Shown piece by piece: positions 1 through 7,289 of a DNA stretch of 64,000 bases. Location of the stretch: positions 70,058 through 134,057 of the forward strand of contig DATIKU010000049.1 of the NCBI GenBank assembly GCA_035477215.1. Reading direction: 5' to 3'. Below the pieces are notes generated by a model. That model made no database searches, had not been told where the DNA came from, and saw only the letters and a list, made by a program, of their open reading frames with translations. Position 1 is the stretch's first letter, and every line of letters starts with the position of its first letter. The position numbers were made by a program, and so were the translations under genes. Origin of the DNA: Spirochaetota bacterium (GTDB lineage Bacteria > Spirochaetota > UBA4802 > UBA5368).

Positions 1-796
1 AGGAACATTTCTAGCGGTGGGAAGGGTATGGAGCCCAGTATCGTGAAATCCCTCCACAGTGTCGAGAAATCAGGGGAGGTGAAAATGTTGCCGTCATAGG
101 TCGGCCAGGGGATTTCGCCAAACAGCGGTCCCAGGATGACGGCGAGCGCGAGCGCGGGCATCATGCCGAGGTTCCCGAGATAGTAGGCCCATCGGTGTTT
201 ACGGCGAAAGGACTTGAAGCTTTCGGAGAAAATGAGGTAGAAGGCCAGCCCCACACATACGCTGATTGTAATCGGGCTGGTGCTGAAGCTCCGTATACCC
301 TGTTTCGCGGGATCGAAGATGAGCATCACGGCGGCAAATCCCGCGCCTATAAGGATGGCCGACTGCACCGCATTCGGTATGAGGGCGATGAACCGCCTGG
401 CGAGGCCTGTGAGGCCAAGCACGATGCAGAAGACGCCGAATGTCATCTCGAAGGCGATGAGGGCCTGCATTCGCTCGACGCCCATGGGGAAGGTCTCGCA
501 GTAGGCAATCAGGAGCGGTATGGCCGGAGTCACCCAGCCGGGTACAACGGGATCACCGAAGGTGACATGCGCCAGGTACAACGCCCCGTTAAGAATGACG
601 ATGGCCAGTGCGACCTCGAAGGACATGCCGAGCTTGGCGGTGAGCACCGTGATGATAGAGAGGCATACGGTGCACATCAGAAGACCCTGCGCAAAATCGG
701 CCCATTCGAATCGATAATGAATAAACGGCACTCTCAGCATCAGCGGGCCCAGGGGTATGCCGGGCTGGACCGCACCGAACTCTCTCTTGATGCTCA
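1..796 (-). CDS. Polytopic membrane protein (putative substrate transporter), partial; its C-terminus runs past the window start.
   Basis: I read the reverse-strand ORF myself; it is absent from the ORF track because it has no in-window stop. It begins MSIKRELGAVQPGIPLGPLM. It is hydrophobic with multiple predicted TM helices. A strong GGAGGAGGAGG RBS precedes ATG 796-794. It sits directly downstream of abfT on the same strand. Confidence 0.55.
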
Positions 797-925
797 TACT
801 CAATCCTCCTCCTCCTGTCTATTTATCATGTCTTTCAGGTCGTGTGAGTGAGACCGCTCCCCGGACATTTTTAATACGAGTTTTTCCGTTCATTAACGGA
901 GCGCTTCTCAGCGGATATCACCGCC

Positions 926-2221
926 TTATTGTTTATACCTCTCTTGAAAACGTTTCGAGAGCTCTTCCCGAAAATCCGGATGCGCGATCGCGATCAGTGC
1001 CTCAGCCCTCTGCTTCACCGTCCTTCCATACAGCTCGGCGATTCCGTACTCGGTAACGATAAAGTGAATATCGGTTCGGGGGGTAGTCACCGCCGCGCCT
1101 TCGTCTATTAGGGGCACTATTTTGGATATTTTTCCACCCGAGGCTGTCGAGTGGAAGGCGAGGATCGATCGTCCTCCCCTGGACCAGGCGGCGCCGCGTA
1201 CGAAATCCCCCTGGCCTCCCGATCCGCTGAACTGTCGGTAACCGATGGTGTCGGAAACGGCCTGCCCGAGAAGGTCGACCTGCAGCGCCGAATTGATTGA
1301 AACCATGTTGTCGTTTCGCGCTATGATGGCGGGATTGTTGGTGTAGTCGACGGGATACATTTCCACCATGGGATTGTTGTTCACGAAGCGGTAGAGCTTT
1401 TCGCTGCCCATGAAGAAGGTGGCGATCATTTTGCCGGGGTGGAAATTTTTCCGGGCGCAGGTTATGACGCCGGAATTGACCAGATCCACCACTCCGTCCG
1501 CGAACATCTCGGTATGTATTCCGAGGTCCTTCTTGTGTTTCAGGAAACAGAGCACCGCGTCGGGTACGGCGCCGATGCCGAGCTGCAGGCAGTCGCCGTC
1601 GCGGATGAGCTCCGCGCAGAACTTTCCGATCTTTTCGTCGTTCGCGGTAATTTTGGGAGGCGAGAGAATGATCGGTTTCGAATCGGTCTCGACGATACAG
1701 TCGACCTTGGATACATGGATGAAGGAGTTCCCGAGCGTTCGCGGCATGTGCGGGCTTACCTCTGCGATAACCAGTTTCGAGTTCTCGGCGGCGGGCTTGG
1801 TGTAGTCGACCGAGATGCCGTAGGAACAGAAACCATGCTCGTCGGGTGCGGAGAGCATGCAAAGCGTTACGTCCACCGGCAGTATCTTCTCCGCGAAAAG
1901 GCGCGGGATCTGGCTGAAGTGACAGGGGGTGAATACCGCTCTCGCCTGGTTGATGGATTCCCGGCTGGAGGTGCCGGCGAACAGCGAGTTGTGAAGGAAA
2001 TGATTGCCGTTTTCGGTGCGGCAATACTCAGAAGGGCCCATCGCCACCATGTGAACGATCTCGACCTTGTTATAAGCATCGCGGTTATCCATCATGGCCC
2101 GCAGCAGCACCTCCGGTGAGCCGCTGGCATGCCCCACGACCACGCGGTCGCCGGATTTTATACGGCGCACGGCCTCGGCCGCCGTTGTCAGTTTGCCCCT
2201 GTAAACATTCTTCCAGTCCAT
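926..2221 (-). CDS. abfT: 4-hydroxybutyrate CoA-transferase (acetyl-CoA hydrolase/transferase family).
   Basis: The 431-aa product matches the AbfT/Cat2 family along its full length. GAGGAGG RBS 5 nt upstream. Confidence 0.85.
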   Translation of the reverse strand: MDWKNVYRGKLTTAAEAVRRIKSGDRVVVGHASGSPEVLLRAMMDNRDAYNKVEIVHMVAMGPSEYCRTENGNHFLHNSLFAGTSSRESINQARAVFTPCHFSQIPRLFAEKILPVDVTLCMLSAPDEHGFCSYGISVDYTKPAAENSKLVIAEVSPHMPRTLGNSFIHVSKVDCIVETDSKPIILSPPKITANDEKIGKFCAELIRDGDCLQLGIGAVPDAVLCFLKHKKDLGIHTEMFADGVVDLVNSGVITCARKNFHPGKMIATFFMGSEKLYRFVNNNPMVEMYPVDYTNNPAIIARNDNMVSINSALQVDLLGQAVSDTIGYRQFSGSGGQGDFVRGAAWSRGGRSILAFHSTASGGKISKIVPLIDEGAAVTTPRTDIHFIVTEYGIAELYGRTVKQRAEALIAIAHPDFREELSKRFQERYKQ

Positions 2222-2259
2222 TGCGCCTCCTCTATCGTTTCAGCCGGATGTGCCGCTTG

Positions 2260-2553
2260 TCAAGGCCGGCCACGGTGCATATCATCAATAAACTGCCTCG
2301 CGTCCTCTTCGCAGGTCAGGATCCTGACGGTCCGACCCTCCGATGAGGGTCTGTCGGCGCATGCCGTTTTGCATCCGGTGACGACCAGTATAATGTCGGC
2401 GTTCTCATCATCCCAGCGCGTCAGCGTCGCGCCGTGCGGCAGGTTTCGGCGGATGTACCCGACCGCCTCGACGCGATCGTACCGTGGGTTGCATCCGCCG
2501 CAGTACTTGATCCCGATTCTGTGTATTATGGCGCTTAATCCTCTATGCCGCAA
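2260..2553 (-). CDS. Small Cys-motif protein (CGGC ... GCKTAC); possible metal or FeS binding.
   Basis: 97-aa ORF with a TTG start that overlaps the abfD stop by 19 nt. Motifs KYCGGCNP and TGCKTAC. It is sandwiched between abfD and abfT. No obvious SD. Confidence 0.4.
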   Translation of the reverse strand: MRHRGLSAIIHRIGIKYCGGCNPRYDRVEAVGYIRRNLPHGATLTRWDDENADIILVVTGCKTACADRPSSEGRTVRILTCEEDARQFIDDMHRGRP

Positions 2554-3998
2554 AGATGTTTGGCGAGCTTCTGCTTCTGCTTCAGGTTGACCTGCCTGGC
2601 GATCATGATGCGCTGGGCCTGCGGGGAACCCGCGCCGTGCATCGATTCGGTCAGGTATCCGACCGCCGCCGTGCCCATCGTGATGTTTTCGATGAGCCGG
2701 AGGATACGGCAGCGGTTCTCGGTCGGGACGTCCGCTCTGCCCGCGTAGTACTTGTTGAGCCAGTTCCCGACGAGCGGCGACTTGAAGTCTTTCTCCGAAG
2801 GGAGAGTCACCATGAGACCGCCGGCGATGTCCTGCGCCAGGCGCGCGATCTCATAGGGGAAGCGCGTGATGTTCTGCTTGTGAACGTTGGCGAGCAGGGT
2901 GTTGACGTAATACGTGCCGGATGGCTCTTTGTGTCCCTCGGACGCGCAGGCGATGCAGCCGCAATAAAGGGTCTCGTTGAGATGGTTCATCTCGATGATC
3001 TTGTCTTTTACATGGGAGGCCTTCTCCGCGCCGTTGTACTCGGCCGCGGTCTGGGCGGCACCGATGAGGACATCGCCAACACCGACCTTGCACGCGTAGC
3101 TCTGGCGGTGGTACGAGGCGAACTGCTCGACGAGCTGCCCGGAGAAATCGTATTCCCTGTACATGAAGACCCGCTCCCATGGAACGAACACGTTATCGAA
3201 GACCACCAGGGCCTCGTGTCCGCCGAATAACTGGTTTCCCCTGTCGACGCCACCCTCCTCGAGCTTGCGGGTGTCGCACGACTGGCGGCCCATGATATAA
3301 GTGATCCCCTTCGCGTCCGAGGGCAGGGCGAATGATATCGCGAAGTCTTTATCTTCCTCCCTCATGGAGATGGTCGGCATCACGATGATCTCGTGCGAGT
3401 TTACCGCACCGGTCTGGTGCGCCTTCGCGCCGCGCACCACTATGCCGTCCTTTCTTTCCTCGACGACATGCAAAAAGAGGTCGGGGTCGGCCTGCTGATG
3501 GGGGGGCAGTCCCCTGTTTCCCTTCGGATCGGTCATGGCCCCGTCGCACACCAGGTCGTTGTTCTGGACATATTCGAGATATTTGAGAAAGCGCTTGTTG
3601 TATTGCGTACCGTATTTTTTGTCGATATCGTAGGTGACCATCGAGAGGGCGTTCATCGCGTCCATCCCCACGCACCGCTGAAAGCAGCATCCGGTGAGCG
3701 AGCCGAGCAGCCGGCCCATCTTGCTCTTCTTAACCAGGTCTTCCGTGCTCTGGTGTATGTGGCAGAACCGGTTGATCTTCTTTCCGGTGATGTGCGATGT
3801 CGCGGTCATGAGGTCTTCATATTCGGGCATGTGCGCCAGTTTGTAGGTCATGGCCACGGCGTTCATTGACGGGCGAATGATGGGGTCGTCGACCACGTTT
3901 TTCACCCTCTCGCCGAACATATATACAACCAGATTGAGTTTTCTAAGGCTCTCTTCGTATTCCTCCGCCGTTTTCAGGGCCATTTTTTCGTTCTTCAT
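2535..3998 (-). CDS. abfD: 4-hydroxybutyryl-CoA dehydratase / vinylacetyl-CoA delta-isomerase.
   Basis: 487 aa. The full-length alignment to Clostridium aminobutyricum AbfD is near-colinear: AEEYEESLRKLN, GMDAMNA, HVKDKIIEMNHLNETLYCG, ESMHGAGSPQAQRIMIARQ. Confidence 0.92.
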   Translation of the reverse strand: MKNEKMALKTAEEYEESLRKLNLVVYMFGERVKNVVDDPIIRPSMNAVAMTYKLAHMPEYEDLMTATSHITGKKINRFCHIHQSTEDLVKKSKMGRLLGSLTGCCFQRCVGMDAMNALSMVTYDIDKKYGTQYNKRFLKYLEYVQNNDLVCDGAMTDPKGNRGLPPHQQADPDLFLHVVEERKDGIVVRGAKAHQTGAVNSHEIIVMPTISMREEDKDFAISFALPSDAKGITYIMGRQSCDTRKLEEGGVDRGNQLFGGHEALVVFDNVFVPWERVFMYREYDFSGQLVEQFASYHRQSYACKVGVGDVLIGAAQTAAEYNGAEKASHVKDKIIEMNHLNETLYCGCIACASEGHKEPSGTYYVNTLLANVHKQNITRFPYEIARLAQDIAGGLMVTLPSEKDFKSPLVGNWLNKYYAGRADVPTENRCRILRLIENITMGTAAVGYLTESMHGAGSPQAQRIMIARQVNLKQKQKLAKHLCGIED

Positions 3999-4242
3999 GC
4001 TTGGCTCTCCTCATAATGATTTTGATCGTTTCAACCGCCTGGATCCCGCTTGAGTCCGTTCCAGTACTCCCGGAATCCTTCCGCCAATATCGCGGTGAGG
4101 TTTGTTGGCTTACGGGGGTACTGCAAAAGCTCAGGCCCCTTCCCGGAAACGCCGTTATCGGCGGGCGGAAAAAGGCGCACAATGGTGCGGAGTATTCCCC
4201 GTCTCCACGCCATTGTGGAGGATTATAATCAGTCGTTATCTC

Positions 4243-5280
4243 CTACAGTTCGTACAGTTTCGGCGCCAGTGGCTTGTTGCTCCAGTATTTCGGATCGTGC
4301 GAAGGAACGATCTCGACGTTCGGTCCCATCCACTTCATCACCTTGAACATGTAAAGCGCCTGGCTCGACTGCGGAATGTCCCATGCGAGTCCGGGAGGAA
4401 TGGCCTCATACATATTCTCAAGCGTGTACTCGGCATCTGCGCACAGGATGGTCACCGCACCGTTGCTCTGTTTGACCATCAGTGACTGGTGGCCGGGAGT
4501 GTGCCCCGGAGTCGGGAAGAGCACAACCGACTGGTCGCCGAACAGGTCGTGTACGCCGTCGACGGTCTTAATATTCAGCTTGTTCATTTTCGCAAAATCA
4601 CCCGGAATATATGCTGTCGTGACACCGGTGGCTTTGTTTTTCGCCATTTCGTCTTTGATGACCTGCAGCTCCTTCTTCTGGAAGTACAGCGGCACGCCGG
4701 TACCTACGAAATTATCGATGGCGCCGGCATGGTCCAGGTGGCCGTGACTCAAGATGACGGCCTTGAGGTCTTTGGGGCGGATGCCGAGCGCCTTGTCGAT
4801 TTGGATCTTGAATTCCTCGAAATCCTTCATTACCGGGGTGTAGGCCTTGACTATCGGCGCGGTCCAGTATCCCACCGGGTCTTTCGCCACCATGGCATTG
4901 TTTCCCGTATCAAAAGCCACCCAGTCCTTGCCGTGACGGATCATGAAAAAGGTCACCGGAATATCCATGGGCGTGCCAACGCGGGTGTCTTTCAGCATGT
5001 ACTGGGTCTGGGTTTTGAGTATTCCGCACTTGAAGGCGTACACGTCGGCAAGGCCCGACTTCGAGACCCTCGGTTGCGTCGCGGGAGCGGCGGCGAACGC
5101 GGCACCGGCCTTTCCCATCATCGTCTCGAGGAGCGGCACGGAAGCGACCACGGCAAGGCTCTTCCCCATGTGGCGTAAGAAGTCCCGCCGGTCTAGCTCG
5201 CTGCCGGAAGCGGCCTGGTCGATGAACGTTCCGCTCGCGTCGTTTCTGGATTCCTGCGGCTCAAGAGTTTTACTGTTCAT
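4243..5280 (-). CDS. MBL-fold metallo-hydrolase (AHL-lactonase-like) with a Tat signal peptide.
   Basis: Start ATG 5280 with an AAAGGAG RBS. Twin-arginine motif RRDFLRHMG followed by a hydrophobic stretch. HxHxDH motif SHGHLDHAG. Confidence 0.8.
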   Translation of the reverse strand: MNSKTLEPQESRNDASGTFIDQAASGSELDRRDFLRHMGKSLAVVASVPLLETMMGKAGAAFAAAPATQPRVSKSGLADVYAFKCGILKTQTQYMLKDTRVGTPMDIPVTFFMIRHGKDWVAFDTGNNAMVAKDPVGYWTAPIVKAYTPVMKDFEEFKIQIDKALGIRPKDLKAVILSHGHLDHAGAIDNFVGTGVPLYFQKKELQVIKDEMAKNKATGVTTAYIPGDFAKMNKLNIKTVDGVHDLFGDQSVVLFPTPGHTPGHQSLMVKQSNGAVTILCADAEYTLENMYEAIPPGLAWDIPQSSQALYMFKVMKWMGPNVEIVPSHDPKYWSNKPLAPKLYEL

Positions 5281-5363
5281 AATTCGCTCCTTTTTGTAAA
5301 ATTTTTCTGCGCTCTTTCGTCGGGCAAGAGCGCAGATGCACGAACTGAAATAACCCCGGGGCG

Positions 5364-6200
5364 TTACAGTGAATACGAAGCCCCGAACGTCGCCCACCAG
5401 CGATACGTGTCTTTTATGTTCCCGGTAAAGGCGTTGTTGTTGAAATCACTGGATGGAATATACGCGAAATTAATACTGCCGTTAAATGATACACCGCTCG
5501 CGCTCGTGGAAAGCTTCGCGGACGCGACCACATCGCTGATTCCCTTCATCTCCATCGAGTTCCAGTCGAAATACGCAGCTGAGAGTCCCAGTCCCAGTGA
5601 GCTTCCATCTACCAGCTTGAAGGATTGCCCCAGGGAAAGTTTGACATAATGGTTTTTTCCGCGCTCGCCGTTGACCGTAACGTCCTTGTCCACGAAATAA
5701 TCATAGGCGTACGAGATGGTGGGATTCAACGGAATTGCCAGAATTGTAGCCGACGCTGTCCCCTCCCACCAGTCCCATTTATAGCCGAGCTTATCGTCGC
5801 TGTTGTAAAACCAGTAATACCAGCCGCTCACTCCTATTGCAACCACCTTCTCGACGGTGTACGCATATGCCACATTCCAGTGTGCGCCATTGTAGGCCAC
5901 ATTGCCCTGTTCCCGTCCGGTGTCATTCATGCCGGTGCCGTCTCCCAGCGTTTCCGAGCCGTACTGACCCATATACATCAGGCTTAATCCCGTTTTTCCG
6001 ATGCCGAAATACACATAGGGGAAAAACACACCATTGCCCGCTCCAAAGAAATCCAGACCCCTCCAGAAATAATTATTCCAGAACTCGACGCCCGCGGTGA
6101 TTCCCAGGGGAGTTGTCTCCTGCGCATGTACGGCACGCGAAGAGCCAAGCGCGCCTATGATGATGCAGGCGCTTAAAAGGACTGCCATTGATTTTCGCAT
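5364..6200 (-). CDS. Secreted / outer-membrane beta-barrel-like protein.
   Basis: Start ATG 6200, 5 nt after GGAGG. Signal peptide MRKSMAVLLSACIIIGALGSSRAVHA. Aromatic-rich alternating pattern with WW/YY motifs. Confidence 0.6.
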   Translation of the reverse strand: MRKSMAVLLSACIIIGALGSSRAVHAQETTPLGITAGVEFWNNYFWRGLDFFGAGNGVFFPYVYFGIGKTGLSLMYMGQYGSETLGDGTGMNDTGREQGNVAYNGAHWNVAYAYTVEKVVAIGVSGWYYWFYNSDDKLGYKWDWWEGTASATILAIPLNPTISYAYDYFVDKDVTVNGERGKNHYVKLSLGQSFKLVDGSSLGLGLSAAYFDWNSMEMKGISDVVASAKLSTSASGVSFNGSINFAYIPSSDFNNNAFTGNIKDTYRWWATFGASYSL

Positions 6201-6299
6201 CCATACCTCCATAAAGCAATTTTTATTATTTTAGCCAGCAGCAACTCTTCCAGCGTTGGTGCGCGTGCGATTTGGAATTATTGCCCTGCTTACCTAATA

Positions 6300-6314
6300 G
6301 CAAGTTCCGTGCCA
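6300..6314 (-). promoter_or_regulatory. Sigma54 (-24/-12) promoter for the OMP plus MBL-hydrolase operon.
   Basis: The minus strand reads TGGCACG-GAAC-TTGCT, an exact fit to TGGCACG-N4-TTGCW. It lies about 100 nt upstream of the OMP start. Confidence 0.75.
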
Positions 6315-6822
6315 GCCGGTAATGATGCCGGAAAGAAGGATGTATATGTTTTCCGGAAGGGAGAGAGGTCAAAAGGGCCCCCAGTGTGCGCCGTGGGACG
6401 TTATCATCATAGGTGGCGAGCTTAAACCCGGCCGTTTGCGCAGGATTGTTCAGCAATCTCCAGCAGTCGCGTTCAGGCGGCGACGCGCTTGGGCTTGTTT
6501 CACGCAGGTACGCTCCGGCGCTTGTTTTGTATTGGATTGAGACGATTGATATTGTTGCAAAAATGCATCAATTCGGGGTCTTTCAAATATTACCGGGCGA
6601 AATAGGGCATGCCATCTGTTAAAATCTTAATAATGGGCTTTGAAATAGTGATTTCTGCCATTTGCCGGGTGTTTGTGGAATTTTGAAAACAAATCAAAAT
6701 TCTTAATGGAGCTCGTCTGTGCATTTAGCCCCGGCCATTGATTTTAAACGTTGAAAAATCCGGCAGTGTTCAAGGAAGTGTGGGATTGTTAACGTACATG
6801 CATGAAGTACATGGAGATGAAA

Positions 6823-6860
6823 GGGAAACTCTTGTTGCATTCAAGCAACAAGAGTTTCCC
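6823..6860 (-). terminator. Perfect 16-bp stem / 6-nt loop hairpin; likely intrinsic terminator for tatA.
   Basis: gggaaactcttgttgc-attcaa-gcaacaagagtttccc. It is 15 nt past the tatA stop and is followed on the minus strand by TTTCATCTCC. Confidence 0.55.
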
Positions 6861-6874
6861 GAATGCAACAAATC

Positions 6875-7045
6875 TTACGGAAGCTGTTTCTTCTTATCGG
6901 TTTCTTCTTCTCCGCTGATTCCCTTCTTGAATTCCCGTATGCCGCCGGCGATATCCTTCGCGAGGCGCGGAATCTTTCCCGCACCGAAGATCAGAAGAAG
7001 GATGCAAAAAATGATCACAAGTTCCCAGATTCCTGGCATTCCCAT
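6875..7045 (-). CDS. tatA: Twin-arginine translocase subunit TatA/E.
   Basis: MGMPGIWELVIIFCILLLIFGAGKIPRLAKDIAGGIREFKKG matches TatA across its whole length, and GGAGGA sits upstream. The longer track ORF is an upstream extension. Confidence 0.85.
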   Translation of the reverse strand: MGMPGIWELVIIFCILLLIFGAGKIPRLAKDIAGGIREFKKGISGEEETDKKKQLP

Positions 7046-7192
7046 AGCATCCTCCAAGAGAGTGTACGTAAAATAAGCCTTCATCATGTACGCCAAATAC
7101 ATGCCTCGTTCCACCACCGGCGTCTGTCCGATACAACCCTCTTCCCTGATGATTGCCGAACCGGCTGGCGGAACCGGCACAGGTAGTATAAA

Positions 7193-7207
7193 GCAAGTCC
7201 CGTGCCA
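7193..7207 (-). promoter_or_regulatory. Sigma54 (-24/-12) promoter upstream of tatA.
   Basis: The minus strand reads TGGCACG-GGAC-TTGCTT, nearly identical to the promoter at 6300-6314. It lies about 150 nt upstream of tatA and 83 nt downstream of the EBP stop. Confidence 0.75.
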
Positions 7208-7289
7208 GTCGGCCGGTTCCTGTGCGTATTCATACGCGCCGAAAGCAATGGTGCTTCTTGTGCACCACCTTGCACCGCGCCGCCGTAGG

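Noticed and set aside
195-851. 218-aa plus-strand ORF.
   Set aside because: It is antisense to the real minus-strand membrane protein (1-796). It has an Arg/Gly/His-rich composition typical of high-GC antisense frames.
1002-2024. 340-aa minus-strand ORF inside abfT in another frame.
   Set aside because: Extremely Arg-rich with no homology signal. It is an out-of-frame artefact of a GC-rich gene.
3999-4242. Sigma54 promoter upstream of abfD.
   Set aside because: Only off-spacing partial matches (TGGCGGA-N4-TTCC and TGGAAC-N5-CAAGC). The GC of the -12 element is missing or mis-spaced. Not called.
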